A stretch of 60,220 bases of DNA from Paecilomyces variotii (taxonomy: Eukaryota): assembly GCA_004022145.1 (NCBI GenBank), contig RCNU01000016.1. One strand, given 5' to 3'. The notes beneath the pieces are model-generated. The model saw nothing but the letters and a program-made list of their open reading frames with translations, was not told the origin of the DNA and ran no database searches. This document shows, one piece after another, positions 39,201 through 54,467 of this stretch; the stretch's first letter is position 1, and every line of letters begins with the position of its first letter. The position numbers and the translations under genes were made by a program.

Positions 39201-42200
39201 GAGTTAATATTTTAAACTTTAGAGCCTTTTCTTTAATTAATTTTATAAGTTAATTCTCTTTAAGAATTATTTTCTTTTTATAGAACTTAATTATAGCAGT
39301 AATTTATTTATTCTTAAGTATCTTATATATTGTAGCTAATTAAGCTACTAGTTCTATAATATTTACTAGTTAATTCTTTATAAAATTAAGCTAGCGGTTA
39401 ATAGTATTTAATATTATAGCCTTAAATCCTTTATAATATTAAATATTTAAGTTATATTTCTAGAACTTTAATATTTACCTTATTAGATATTTTAAATATA
39501 TTTTAGTTAATTAAAGGTATTATAAGCTCTTATAATCTATAAGGATTATTATTATTATATTATTATTAATATATTAGTCTTAAAGCTAAAATATATACTT
39601 AATTATTAATAGTTTTTTCTTATATATAGAATAGTTAAGTTCTATATTATTTAACTTTTACCTATTAAATATAATAAGATATATTATGCCTTCTTTATCT
39701 TTCTATATTAGTATACCTCTAATAGTTTATTTTAAGGTATTTATCTTAATAATAAATAGTTTCTTATAAACTAGTTATATAAATATAGGCTTAAATAATA
39801 GAGCCGCTTAGATATAAAGAAAAGTAGCTTTATATACTATATTCTATATAATAAGATAAAACTTTTTTTTATATAATATCTTATTTACCTTCTTTAATAG
39901 GTTAGATAATAGGGCAGCTATTTAAGAAAAGTCCTTAATAAACTATTAATAATATATTACTAGTCCTAAGAACTATTATATTTTATATATATTTTTAAGT
40001 TAAGGCTATATTATAATTGCTTTAATTTTCTTAGATATTAATTATATATAGCTATTATTAATAATATATCTATAAAACTTTAGCTCTAGTATTAAAAATA
40101 TATATTTACTAGGCTTTATATATAACTAGTTATTCTCTAATACTTATAGAATAGCCTTAATATATATATAGTATTCTTTTAGTATTTATAAGAAGATTAA
40201 AATATTATCTAAATATACTATATAGAACTAGCCGGTAAACTTCTATAATATTATATTTATTATTATTTAAAAAGTTACCGGGATATTTATAAGTTTAAAT
40301 AATATTATTAATTATTTAAACTTTTTAAAGATAGTATTAAAAGCGGTCTTAAAAATTAATAATACTCTTATTTAAACTTACTAATATCTTAATAATAAGT
40401 TAATCTTAAATAAGTATTAGGCTAAGCTAATTATATTTAATAATTCTTAGATCTTTAGTAATAAGTATTTATTCTTTATTAATATCTTATTAAGGGCTTA
40501 GTAGTTAATATATATCTGCTATTTTTCTTTAAGTTTCTTTATAAAGAATATTAGAAAGCCCTATAGGCTTACTAAGAGCTATATTAGCCCTTTAACTAAT
40601 AGCTCTTTAATTTATTATTTTAATTCTTTTATATAAGTATATAATAAGAGGTAGGAATTAATATTAATAGATCAAGTATCTCTTATCTTAATATTATGCT
40701 TAAATTCTTTATTAGGCAGTAAAGCTAGTAGTAGTTTTATTTAAAAGATCTTATAAAACTATTATAGTAAGACCTTTAGTCTTAAATTACTTATTTTAAT
40801 AGGTTTAATATCTGTTTTTATTTTAGTTAATTAGATTAGCTATAGTATTACCTTTATTAACTTTTTTTATAGTATTTATAATATTTATAGTATTTACAAT
40901 ATTTATATTATTAATATTATATTTAAGAGTAATAGAAGTATTTTTTTAGGGTCTATCTTATATTAATAGAATTTAAAATATAAAGATATCTTTACTTATT
41001 ATAGATACGTATCTATAAAATTCTTTAATTAATATTAGGGTTAACTTTCTGCAACTAGTCCCGCCTTAAGATTAAATTATAATTATATATATTAATCTTT
41101 TAAGTATAGATTAAATTAGTCTATTCTCTAATTCTTAAGAGCAATTAAGTATTTAATTTTATAGTTATTAATTCTCTATTTAGCAGCTTAATATTAAGGG
41201 AATTTGCTTACTCTTTTTAGTAAACTTACTATTTCTCTGCGAGTAGTCTTTTTAATATAAATATATAGCTTACCCCTAAGTTAACTAGTATATAAATCTA
41301 CTAGTCTTAGCCCGGTAAGCTAATTTACCTATTAAATAGTATAAGTAACTCGCCTATTATATATAAATAAGTAGTTTATTTAAATTTATTAACTTTCCTT
41401 TTTAATTTTATTTATCTTTTTTCTTCTTTTCTAATCTTAGCAGAATTAAGATTATTTAAAACTATTAGGCTTAGTCTTATTTAAGAAATATAGTATAAGT
41501 AATTAATAAGGGCTTCTAGACTTATTAACCCTTCTCTTTTCTTATATTTATAGAGTTTATCTTTACTAAATAGTTTTAAGAGGTATAGGAGTAATTCTTT
41601 TATTAATATATTATCTCTTTATAGCTAAAATAGGCTTAGCAATATTTATATTATATTACTTAACTTAGTAATAATTTCTTTAAATAATTTAGATTTATAG
41701 CGATAGTATTTAGGTCTATTAAATTATTTACTTCTAGTATATTACTCTTATTTTATCTGTAGTTAGTAGTTATTAATAGTATAGAGGCCTATAGATTCTA
41801 TTTTTAGCGCATAAAATATAGAATTGCTTTATTAATAGTCTTTAGTTTTATTTTATATTTATACTATTTTACCTATAGCTTTATCTTAGTGCCTATAATT
41901 AACTTTCGCAGGACTATTTTATTAGTTATATTTTTTAGGTCTAATATTAAGATAGTATTCTATAGTCTTAAGATATATTTTTAGAATAATTAATTGCCTT
42001 ACTTATAATTCTTAAATTATTTCTAGTACTTATTATATTTATTATAGTCTTTAAAATTTTCTAATAGCTATCTTTAGAAGTTTATTAAAATTATAATCTT
42101 TTTAGCCTTCCTGTTATTTACACGTATATATTAGTTATTTTATTTAATCTCTATATTGCTATTAAGATAGCTCTAGTATAAGGTTATTTTTTAATATTTA

Positions 42201-42909
42201 GTTACTTCTTATCTTATAAGGTCTTTTTTATTTTAAAAATATCTTTTTATTTTAAGAATTTATTTAAGAGCTATATTATTTTTAATCTACTTATTATACT
42301 TAATTAAATATAATAGTTTAAAGGCTTTATAATAGGCTTAGCCTTTCTTTATAAGTATTTAATTCTCTAAGCTATTTAAATTTATAATTAAAATATTTTT
42401 ATAATTTTAAGCTATATAGAAATCTTTAAGATAGGCCTTAATCTTCTAGATTTTTTATTTCTTAGCCTCTTAAGCTTAATAAGCTTATTTAAATATCTCT
42501 TAGGTAGCGGCTTTAGCCTGCTAAATAGCCTTTATAGCTCTCTATATATTTATATTATAGTTTACCTTTTATAATTTAAGGCCTTACTTAAATTTATATT
42601 ATTTTTTAGCTAATTATTTTAAGAGAATCTTTAGACTTTCTTAATTAATAGTATTTAGCCTTTAAAATACTTATTTTAGGGTAGTAGCCTCCTTAGCTTT
42701 TAGCTAATTAATAAAGAGTTCTTAAATAATAGACTTTATCTTATTTTTAAAAGAATTTTTCTATTATTAAAATTAAAATATAAATCTTTAAATAATAGTA
42801 TAATATTTATACTAAATCCTTAGGATTAGTATAATAGAATATAGCTCTATAAGTTTTTGCCTATTATTAGTTTACCCTAGAATAAGCCTTAGCATAATAT
42901 ATTATTAGA

Positions 42910-43110
42910 TATAATTTTATCTATAAAAGATTATATATTTCTCTAAACTAAGAGAATATAACTATCTATATAGGTTTTCTTATATATATAATTTTACTTT
43001 ACTGAGGCAGTTCTATAGATTAAAGGTTTATTTTAAGGGAAGTTTAGGGAAGAACTTAGCTATACTAAGTTTTACCTAGTATCTTTATTATATAATACCG
43101 GAATATTATA
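42910..43110 (-). repeat. 5' LTR of Gypsy relic 4
   Basis: Direct repeat of 36094-36294. Confidence 0.95.
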
Positions 43111-46100
43111 AATTTAATCTTTTTTATATATAAGCTAGCTATATATAGTAATATTCGGTTTTAATACTAAGTTTAAAAAGACTTTCTTTATAATATAAAT
43201 TTTATATTTAAATATATCTTAAATTATAATATTATTAAATTTATTTAATATAAATATTAAACTAGTATTAAAGTAATTATATAAGTTAAATTACTAGTAA
43301 AGTTTCTTAGTTAATAATAGATTTATTTTAAGCTTTAAAATAAGTAATATATTTTTTAAGTATATAACTTTTTTATTCTATTTATTTAATATAGTAGTAT
43401 TTATATATTTTATATATAAGATTTCTTCTATTTAAATATACTTTCTCTTAATTTTTACTAATAATTCTTTAAAGTAATAAGTTTTATTAGTTATATATAA
43501 ACTAGTACTACTATTAATATATTATTAAAGTAAATTCTTATTAATTATATTTTTTAATAAATAAATAATTTTATAAGAGACTTAATTATTTAATATAATT
43601 AAATTAAGCTTTAAATATAATAATTTAATATTAGAGATTTCTTTTATTTTATAGGCCTTTTATTTTCTTTTTTAAGATCTTTTCTTTTTTAAGAATTAAA
43701 CTTTTTAAAATAGCTTAGCTATTATTTTTATTAATTTTTAGTCTATAGATAAAAATAAGTCTTTTAAAGATTTTTTTCTCTATCTTTAAATATTTTAAGT
43801 AGCTTATTAAGTTATAGGTAATTATAAGTAGTCTTTAATAAAATAGTTTTTTTTATATATATAGTATTTAATAAGTTCTTATTTTTTTTATATAAAATAT
43901 ATTTAATAGAGAAGCTTAAAATTTAGCTTTTATTTCTTTAAGAATAGTTAAGATATTTTTTATTCTTAAATATTTTTAAGTATTAATTGCTATTTTAGTA
44001 ATAGTATATTTATTAAATAAATTAAAGAGTAAGTATTAAATCTTAATTTTAAGTTTAACTAGAGAAAATATAATATTATTATAAGCTATTATTTTCTTTT
44101 CTATTTATTATAATTATCTTTATATATTAATAATAATCTATTTAAATATTATTTTAAAATTAATAAATAATTAAATAAGTTAGTATTATTAAGTAAACTA
44201 AGTCTTTTTATATTATTTCTTAAAATAATTTTATAATACTCTAGTAATAATATCTTTAATATATTTATTTTAATTATCTTTAGATAAGTATTTTATAATC
44301 TAGTATTATACTATTATATTATTTTTTTATAATAAGTTACTGTCTTATTATTAGTATTTAATAATATTTTAATAATTCTTACTAATAAGCTATTTTTTAT
44401 ATAAATAAACTATTTTTTATAATTTCTTTTAAAAAGAGTAAGAATTAATCTTTTTTTTTAATTATTAGAGTTATTAATAGAGAATATTATTATTTATATA
44501 TAAAGTAATTTAATTAATTCTCTAATTATATATAGAGTAATTTAATTAATTCTCTAACTATTAATAGGTTTTAATACTTATTAAATTTAATATCTATAGT
44601 AAGTATTAAAGTAATTTTATTATAATACCTTTCTTATAAGAGTATTTAATAGCTATTATTTTAAATCTTATAATCTTAATAAAAAATTTTATATTACTTA
44701 AGTATTTATTTTCTTAAGTTTTTATTAACTTAAGTTTATAACTATTTAAAAAGAGTAAAGAATAAAATAACTTTTATACTAGCTTTAAAAGAAAATATAA
44801 CTTAAAATAAAGATAAAGTATAAGAGGTAAAACTAATATTAATATATTTTTATACTATAGTTAGTTAATTATATTAAGTTAATTAAGTTCTTCTTTTAAG
44901 CTAATATATTTAATATAAGAATTTTTTATTAAGCTAATTATTCTCTATAACTATATATATAATTATCTTAAATTCTTTTATAAGAGAATCTCTTATATAT
45001 TCTTTATATAAACTATTAGTCTTAACTACTATATTATAATAAAGAGTATATAATATATTTTTAATAGTATATTTAAAGCTAACTTTATTAAAGGATAATT
45101 CTTTTAATAAATAGCTATAATTACTACTAATACTATATATAAAAAAATAATATAAGAACTTATAAAATTAAGAAGCTTATAGATAAATATATTTAATATT
45201 ATTATTAATATATTATAATAAAATACTTAGTTTAATAAAAAGGCTAAAGACTAAAATATAATATATGATATAATATTAATAATCTTAAAGATATATTAAA
45301 GCTAATAAAAGAATATAAAAATAAAATTATTAAGAGTTCTTTATATTTATTATTAAAAAAGAGATTATTAACTTATTTAGCTAATATTAGTAATACTTTA
45401 TCTATTTTACTCTTATACTATACTTATAGCTAACTTTAATAAAGTATTAGCTTAATCTCTCTTATTTAATATAAACTATTACTTATTCTATATTATTATC
45501 GAATATTAATATATTAATAAATATCTTTATACTTAATAATAAGAATAAAGGCTATATTATAATTATATAACTAAATATATAGTTAATAGAATAATTTATC
45601 TTATAGGAGAAATTAAGACTTTATTATAATATTTAAATAAGAGAAATATTATAAGATTATAAGGCTAAATAGAAATAATAATTCTTAAACTTAATAAGAT
45701 ATTTAGTATTAATATATATAATATATACTGCTATAGTAATATTAGTATAATTAAATAATATTCTAGAATTCTATTAGTAAATTAAAATATATTATTAATA
45801 TATCTTTAAGAAAGAATATTATTATATTATAATAATAGAAAAACTTAATATTAGCGTTAATAATAATTATAATAATATTTATTATATTAATAATAAAATA
45901 AGTAATATAGCTATAAAGTTATTAGCTTTATCTATTAATATCTTTAATAAGGTTAATATCTTTAGTAATAAAAAAATAAATAATAATAAAGAAACTAGTA
46001 ATAATAAAGAAATAAGTAAAGTAGCTATAGAAATACTAGCTTTATTTTTACCTTTAAATATCTTTAATAAAAATTATCTCTTTAGTAATAAAGTAATTAA

Positions 46101-47370
46101 TAATATCTATAATAATAACTATATTGCTAATAATAAAGTAATTAACTTAACTATAGCTATATTAAAACTATAGTTAAAGGGAATAATAAATAAGGAAATA
46201 TATAGTAATCTTATACTAGAGAAATAAGAAGATTTAGCTATCTTTAATATTTTAAAAGACTGCTATAGTAATACTATTTAATTAAGGTAATATTAGGCGT
46301 TCTTATAGTTATAACTATGTTCTATTTTTATATCTATAACTTAAGTCTATAAATTAGCGCTTAAATACTTTATTTTAATAAAGTTTTAAGAATTATTTAT
46401 AGTAATAATAGAGATCTTTATTAATAAAGCTAAGGAAAGGTATTTTAATAAGAATAAATAGCTATATTAATAAGAACTATTAGTATTACTATATATTATA
46501 ATATCTTTAAAATTTACTTAATAATAAAAAACTAGCTATATTATTTAATAGATAAAAATTACTAACTTATTAAGTATAATAATATTATCTTTTTCTTAGC
46601 TTATTACTCTTATAATAGCTTATTAAATTTAATATAATAATTATATTAAAACTATATTTATATACTTTAAGTCTAAAAGACTATATTTAACTAAAAGTAT
46701 TAAAAATAGAAATAAAATTAGATTAAATAAGAATAAATAATATTTAAGGATAATTAAGATAATAATATAACCCGTTTAAGCTAATATCTTAAATATATTA
46801 AGGAATAATACTTTTACTTTAAAGAAATAAAATAAATATATTTAGTTATTTTAATATTTATATTTAGCAGTATTTACTACTAGCGCAGATACTATCTTTA
46901 TTTAAAAAAAAGAGATATCTTATTATAAATATAGCTCTATTATAATTATATCGCCTATTTAATAATAATAGTATTAAATTGCCTTAGCAGTTACTTAATA
47001 GTAGTATCCCCCTAGTCTAAAGTAATTAACTTTCTTATCTCTTATATCTTTATAGCTACGCTTAGTTATAACTAGTAATTAAGTCTACTTAGCTTTAAGC
47101 TTTTATATTTAAGTCTTTATAGCTTATTACTAATTATTAGCCTATAAGTATCTTTAACAGCTATATATACTATATAGCCTAGTTAAAGGTAATAGAAGTA
47201 AGAAAGAAAGGCGGTAAAAGTATTAAAGCGTATATTTTAAAGTAATCGCGTATTTATATATTTAATAAGAATTTACTAGCCTATAAGAATTTAACTACTT
47301 ATTTATAAGTACGAGAAATCTTAACTTTATAAGCTTATATAGGTTATAGAGCTAGAGCTAAAATATTATA

Positions 47371-50300
47371 TTATTTACTCTCTTTAATCTTTATAAGTTT
47401 CTTTACTTAAGTTACTTAAGTTACTTAAGTATTATAAGCTTATTTATTTCTTAGTTAAAGTACTAGCTTCTTATTCTATATAAGATATATTATTTCCTCT
47501 ATTAGTTTTTCTATAAGTTATAGGCTAATTAAATTAATATAGTTAATATTTTTATACTTTATAAGACTAATATTATAAAATTATTCTTATAATAAATTTA
47601 GAGATATTAAGATATCTTTATAATACTTAGTTAATTAGCTTATTTATCTAAGTATTTAAGTTACCTATAGTATAGTAGATAATATTTATATTTTCTTATA
47701 TTTCTAATAGTTACTATTTAATTTATTATTTAATTTAAAGTATAAATAATAGAGTTTTAATATATTATTAAATAGTATCTTTAACTATTTAATAGATTAA
47801 GTCTATTATTTATAATTAATTCTTAATATATTATATTAAAATAAGTATTTATATTTTATTAGTATTTAGCGTTAAATTTTTTAATATAAGATTTTTTTTA
47901 TAATTATAAGAATTAATAGATTATTAAAATTTTTAAAAAATATAATATCTTTAGAATATTTAATCTTACTTATTTTTAAGATTTAGATCTTATAAATATA
48001 GCTATTATCTCTCTTATATTTAACTAAGTATTTAACTTAAGCGCAAAATACTATTTTAAATACTTGTTTCTTATCTTCTTTAAGTATATAAAGATATACT
48101 TAATAGCCTTAAACTTATAAGTATTTTAAGGAGAGATTTTTATTTAATATATTAAAATATTTCCTTTATTTTATAATAAGTAGTTTAATTTTATTCTTTT
48201 ATAATAATTTATTTATAATATAAGTAGTAGTTTTAATTATAAATAGCTAAAGGTTTTCTAAGAGTTTTAAAGCTATTATTATTATATAAGCTAATAAATT
48301 AAAATATCTTTTATAGTATTTTAAAGTACTATTACTTTTTAAAGTTTATAAATATATTAATTTAACCTTTAATTCTTTAGCTTTAGTCTAAATTTTAAAG
48401 TTTAGAAATTTTCTGCTATTATTTATTCTCTAGTATTATAAGTAATAGCTTATTAATAAGATATTTTTAATTCTTTTAATAAAGGAGATTATATATTTTA
48501 AAGCTTTATCTTTTAATTTTAATATATAAATAAATTATATTCTTATAGTATTATTTATAATAATAAGATAATTAATATATTTTTAAACTCTTAATAGCTT
48601 TATAGGCTAAGTATTTATATAAAAGAATTTTATTAATTATAATATATAAGATTAAAAGTTTTTAAATATTAATTACTTTATCTTTATAATATAATATATT
48701 TTATAGTAAAAGTTTATATTTTTAATAAATTAAATTGCCGCAGAATTTAATTTAATAATAGCTTTAAGCTTTATAGCTTTAATATATCTTAATCTTCTAT
48801 ATAAGAGTTTTAATAATATTACTAGTATAATAATTTACTTATAAAGCTTAAGCTATAAAATATTTTTATTCTTATATATATATTTAATAACTTAATTAGT
48901 ATTTATATTTACTAGTCTATTATCTTAAAAGTTATATTATATTTTATATAATATTTTATTTTAAATTATAAGAAATAAATAGTATTTTTACTTTAATATA
49001 TATAGGGTATAAATAAAAATATTATTTATATAACTACTATTAAGCTCTAGATTTAATTTAATAATACCTTTACTTTTACCTTTACTTAAAATATTATTAA
49101 TATAGTTATATTTATATTATTACTTTTCCTTATAAATAAAATCTCTATATTTAATAAATTAAGACTTATTATTATATATATTCTTATATACTCTTTAATC
49201 TACTATTTAGCTAATAAATAAAATAAGTATTATTAAAACTACTATACTTATAAAGCTATTAAAATTCTTTTTTTCTTTATTTTATTTTTATAGACTAAAG
49301 TTAATTTTTTTTAATTTAATAAAGTCTAGATACCTTTTAATAAGCGCTATTAATTAAGGACTTTTTCTTTAAGGTAATAATAATTTATAGAGTTATATTT
49401 AAGTATATAATAATATTTATATTTATTTTTAGAATATAGTTTCTTATTATATATTTTATAAATAAAGTTTAAAGAGTCTTTATTTAGTAGTAAACTCTTT
49501 AATAGTTAATTTAATTATTTAATCTCTTAAGCTAAAGTCTTATTTATAAATATAGCTAAGTACTTAAATACTTTTATAAAATCTAGCTTAATTAATAGCT
49601 TTAAAGCTAAGTTATTAAAATTTCTCTATTATTATATTTATTAAGAGTTTAATTTATTAAGCTTACTTAATATAATAGAAGTTAGTCTAAGCTAATATTT
49701 TAAATTTAAGCTATTTAAGAATTAATATTGCTATATTAAAGGGCGAGAGAATTAAGCCTATATTATTTAATTTTATTATATAATCTCTAAATTTAATAAT
49801 ATATTATTTAATTATTCTATATTAAGATTTAATTATAGTAATAGCCTATTAGAATATAAAGAGTTTACTTAAAGCTAAGCTATAGTTAATAACCTTTTTA
49901 ATTACTTTAATATACTTATTTATATAAATTAGCTTATTAAGTATAATTCTAATAGTTTTAATTAGTTTATAGTTTATTTAACTATTAATCTAGCTCTTTA
50001 TTATTAAGCTAAGCTCTCTTTATATTTTATAGACTTTAGCTTTATTTTAGAATATAAGTCTCTTAATAAATATATTAAGTTCTTATAATTTATAGTTTTA
50101 AGAACTTCTTTAACTAGTTAAAGCTAATTATTAAAGTTACTATTATTAATTAATTAATTAATTATTATAGATATTTTATCTTATATAATTTTTAATAGCT
50201 TTAATTCTTAATAGATTATAATTATTAAAGCTATTAGAGAAGTTAACGCTATTAATAATATTATTATATTAAAGAATTAGTTTAATTAAAGGTAAAGATC
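47371..50300 (-). mobile_element. Ty1/Copia relic B (gag, protease, integrase; RT not seen)
   Basis: GAG-pre-integrase L(WH)RRL(GH)I at ~48782-48808; integrase R.(D)N(G)R(E)F at ~48407-48430; LPENLWPFAIETATY at ~48220-48265; LRVWGC.VY.HIPKE at ~48077-48121. Boundaries approximate. Confidence 0.8.
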
Positions 50301-50643
50301 TATTAGTTTAACTTCTTATTATAAGTATTATTTACTAATATTTAGTTAAAGCTTTTTAGTTAAATTAAAGCTTTAAAGTATTTAGCTTATTTATTTAAAA
50401 TAGTAATAAGGCTAAGCTAAGCTTATAATCTCTTAGAGCTAATAAAGATACTTAATTAAAAAATTATTTAAGGGCTAAGCTAAATTAATTTATTTAGCTA
50501 TTACTTTATTAATTAAGCTAGTTATTAGTATAAGCGACTATTACTAGAGCCTTTAAAGGTATTAAATTATATTTTAAGTAAAATAGCTTTTATTTTAAGC
50601 TATATATAATAATTTTAGCTATAGATAATATAATCGCCTATTA

Positions 50644-51066
50644 TAAAGAAGTATATTAAAAATAACTGCTAACGCTAGTAATAATAGAATTAATACTATT
50701 ATATTACTAATTATATATTTTAATTCTAGAGATATTTTAAGAAATTATCTTATTTATTTAAATTACTTTAAGGATAAAGAACTAGATTTATAGAAGCTTT
50801 TATATATTAAAATAATCTCTTTAATTTACTTATATTCTTTCTATATTTCTTTTTTTTAGCTTAATAATATATTATATTAAGATAATTATAAGTACGAAGA
50901 TATTTTAAAGTAATAAGTTATATATATATTTAATAATAGAAGTAAGATCTTTATTTAAAGAGAGCGAGGCTTAATAATTTACTTAGTATTTTCTCGAGAA
51001 TAAAAGTATAATTTATATACTAGTATAATTACTAGCGTTAGTAATTAATTTTAATATACTTCTCTA
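50644..51066. mobile_element. 423-bp MITE (TA-targeting) inserted in the left TIR of the Tc1 element
   Basis: ~38-bp TIRs taaagaagtatattaaaaataactgctaacgctagtaa (50644-50681) / ttactagcgttagtaattaattttaatatacttctcta (51029-51066); TA duplicated at 50642-43 and 51067-68; removing it restores the Tc1 TIR. Confidence 0.88.
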
Positions 51067-51199
51067 TAGAAGTTATTAAATTTTCTTTTAAATTATATAT
51101 AGATTTATATTAATTTATTAATAACTTACTTTATCTCTTTTATTTATAATACTATATTCTTTAATATACTTAGTATTTTAAAGACTTTAAGATATAAGT

Positions 51200-52224
51200 A
51201 TTTAAATCCTATAGTAGTAGTTATTTTAAAGCTTTATAATTTAGGCTATAAGGCCTCTAAAATTAGTATTAAAATAAATATTTTAAGATTTATTATTTAC
51301 TATATTATTAAGGAGAAAGAATACTATAAAAATACTATAAATAAGCGTTAAAAATAACTAGGTTATTCGCTTATACTTAATAAACGAGCTAAATATTATT
51401 TCCTTTATTATATTAAAAAGAATCCCTTTAATATCTTTTAAGCTCTAAGTACTTCTTTTAAATTAAGTTATTAATTCTATATTAGTATTATTTACCGCTA
51501 TCTCTAAAAAAACTAAATATACGCGTTTTATCTAAGGAAGAAGCTATTTTTAACTAATAAGTATAAAAAAGCGAGATTAAAATAAATAAAGGAATATTTT
51601 AATTAAATAGATAAAGACTAGGCTTATATAAGCTTCTTAGATAAATTTACTTTTAAGCTTAAATATAATAAAATATTAGAATATATTAAATGCTTAAAGG
51701 GTTAGGCATTTAAATTTAATTATTTTATACTTGCCTTTAAGTCTAGATATTTATCTATTAAAATTTAGGGTTATATTGCTTATAAAAAGAGGGGAGCTTT
51801 ATTAATTCTACTTAAGAGTATATAAATAAACTTTAAGATCTATTATAATATTATCTTAAATTAATATACTTTTTTATTTTATAAGAAGCTTATAAAAGAA
51901 TATAGCGACGCTCTTTAATAAGAATATAAAGCTTAATATTATACTTTTAAAGTAATAAGATATTAGCAGAAATCTATAATAATATAATATATAATATAGT
52001 CTGCGAGATCTCCTAATTTAAACTTAATTAAAAATATCTAGTATATTATTAAGATTTAGATATTAAAGCAGCGTTATTAGATTTAATCTTTAGCTAAACT
52101 AAGCCGCTAAATTAAAGAGAAATAAGATAAAATAAATTAAAGAGAGATTAATAAAATTCTTTTTATAATATATAAGAGATATAGCGCTTATATTCTAATA
52201 AGGGGTAAGTATACTAAATACTAG
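51200..52224 (+). pseudogene. Tc1-type DDE transposase, RIP-inactivated
   Basis: De-RIPed RKKPFLT..HKKARL.W..EH.NW..EDW..VSFSDEFTF (~51535-51654), WPARSPDLNPIENIW (51997-52041), terminal GKHTKY-stop (ending 52224). Start approximate. Confidence 0.9.
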
Positions 52225-52649
52225 ACTAGATTAATTCTCTAGTTATTATTTTATATAAAAATACTAAGATTTATTAAATATAGAGGTTTAAATAATTAAA
52301 TATATAATATATAAATCTAATAAGTAAGTAAGTTATATTAAGTACTTAATAAAAATCTAATAACTTCTAGTAGGCGATTATAGCTTTACTCTTTACTATA
52401 TATTACTTTCTTATTATTATTATTATTAAACTATTATTAGTATTTTTATTTACTTTTAAATTAAATCTAGATTTATATTAATATTTATATTAAGATTAAT
52501 TTATAGGTTTAAATTTCTCTTCTAGATTTATCTCTAGAGGCTTTATCTTAAAATTCTTTATTAGTATTAAAAGTATTTATAGAGTTCTTTAGCTTAAGCT
52601 TAAGACTAAGTTTAAGACTAATTAGCTTTTAATCTTAAGACTGCGTATA

Positions 52650-54467
52650 GCGTAATTTTACTATTTTAACGCAGATACTTAGCTTAATAAAAAATTATCT
52701 AGATTTATTAAATTTTAACTTCTTATATTATTTTTAATTTACTATAATATTTAAATTATATAGTAATATTAAAAATAAAATCTAATATAATCTTACTATA
52801 TTATTTAATTAATTAAAACTTAATATTATATAAGCTATATATTAGTTTAATATACTTAATCTATATCTTCTATTTTATTATTATAACTATATTTTATAGT
52901 TTAATAAACTTTTAATTAATTAATAATTCTCTTTAGCTTAAAAGCTTATTATCTATAAGTATATTAAATATTTAAATATAATTAGATTATCTTTAATATA
53001 AAAAATAATAGCTAGTTATATAAATATAGTATTAGCTTAAAATTATTAAGATTTCTTAATATCTTTATTAAAGATTAATAAATACTAGATTAAATAGTTT
53101 CTTAAATAATATTTTAAAATATATATATATAAGTAATAAGCTCTTAATATAAATAAAAAAGGGCTTATTATTTAAATAATATATAAGATAATATTACTAC
53201 TATAAATAAATACTAGTTAGTTTAAATATATAACCCGCAGATCTTTATAATATAAATAAGATAAGCTTTTAAATAAAAGAAGAGAAAAATTATTAAGTTA
53301 TTACCTTAAAGTAATAAAAAAATCTATATATAAGTAATTATAGTAATTCTTAGAGAGTTATTAATAGTTAAAGCTATAAGTACTAATAAATTAATATTTT
53401 CTTTTCTTATTATTCTAGTTAATAAATTTAAATAAAATAGTTTAAGTTTTTAAATATTAATACTGCGATTAAAGTATTTAATACTAAATATATAAATAAC
53501 TATTTAGTTTACTAATAAATATAATACTTTAATTACTAGTTAACTTATTATTAAAAGAAACTTATTACCTTTTTTTATATAATAGATATAATAGACTCTT
53601 ATTTAATATATAAAGTCTTTAATTTTTATAAAAAGAAGAAGATTTTCCTCTATATTAATGCGTTATACTAGTTATTTAATCTAACTACTAGATATTAATA
53701 TTTTTTAAGCATTTAAGTATTACTATAATAAAACTATTAATTTTAATATAAAAATAAGTAATCTTAAATTTAATAAGTATAAGTTTCTCTAAATACTTAA
53801 ATCTATAAAATTAAAAACTTTTAAATTCTCTATTATTAAAAGTATATTTATAAAGTTTAGATTTTATCTATATAACTTAAATATTAAATTAAATAAGTTT
53901 TAAGAAATAGATAATAAACTTATTACTCTTTAACTTAATATATTAAAGACTATAGAATAATTTAAATAGTTTAAATAATATTTACTTTAGCTTAAATTTA
54001 ATTTAAATTACTTTATTAATAGAATTTAAAAACTACTAAAGAGTAATATTACTTAGTCTTATATTATAAACTAAATATAGAAAAAGTTTAAGGCCTTAGC
54101 TAAAGTATAATTAGCTTATTAAGTCTATATTAAAGTATTTAAAAGAGTTCTATAATATAAAGGTATTATAATAAAATATAATATAGATTATATTTAATTA
54201 TAAATCTTTAAAAATAGTAATAAAAAAGTATTATAAGAAGTTAAAGCTTAAATAGAAATAAGTAATAATTAAGCTTAGGCGAGTAATTAAGCTATAGAGA
54301 ATAGCTTTAAAGAAATAAACTAATTAAAGGAAATCTTATTCTATATAGTACTATATTTAATTAAGTAATTAATTAAATTTAATAAGTTTAAAAGCTTTAA
54401 AAAGTAATAGGTTTTATATAGATTTATATTAAGCTAGGCATTTATATTAAGATAGTAAGACTATATA
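52650..54467 (+). mobile_element. Fot1/pogo-family DNA transposon (~1.8 kb) with RIPed DDE transposase
   Basis: 37-bp TIRs (52650-52686 vs 54430-54466) differing only by transitions; motifs DLYNMDETGFRI (53240-53275), VEAISADG (~53368-53391), HTSHLIQPLD (53664-53693). Confidence 0.88.

Larger units (their letters stand above)
36094..43110 (-). mobile_element. Full-length 7017-bp Ty3/Gypsy LTR retrotransposon (relic 4), RIP-inactivated
   Basis: 201-bp direct LTRs 36094-36294 and 42910-43110 with TA..TA (RIPed TG..CA) ends; minus-strand polypurine tract at 36295-36303; RT VYLD(D)ILIF at ~40192-40218 and TAF.T.FGKFE.LVMPFGL.N.P.TF at ~40271-40348; flanks aact/aatt as a possible 4-bp TSD. Confidence 0.94.
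35150..44900 (-). mobile_element. Ty1/Copia relic A (gag-protease-integrase), split by the Gypsy at 36094-43110
   Basis: Integrase LKD(A)NL(P)IKL(W)..A....Y(I)KN at ~35363-35431; protease-like I(D)S(GA)S at ~43502-43519; 35290-35450 is similar to 59140-59290 of Copia relic C. Confidence 0.72.
50631..52380 (+). mobile_element. Tc1/mariner (Impala-like size, ~1.33 kb without the MITE) DNA transposon
   Basis: TA flanks at 50629-30 and 52381-82; TIR taatcgcctaYta-gaagttatta on the left (split by the MITE) vs taataacttctagtaggcgatta on the right; transposase motifs inside. Confidence 0.9.

Noticed and set aside
44900-47370. Host gene or a defined element in 44.9-47.4 kb (also 27.6-29.3, 32.6-34.4 and 54.5-56.5 kb)
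   Set aside because: Too decayed to assign; only vague Copia-like or LTR-like hints with no verifiable motif or terminal repeat pair.
47403-47430. ttacttaag triple repeat and other partial taacttaag matches (44726, 46337, 48033, 59893) as extra palindrome copies
   Set aside because: None has the full 12-bp core with palindromic flanks; such partial matches are expected in RIPed AT-rich DNA.
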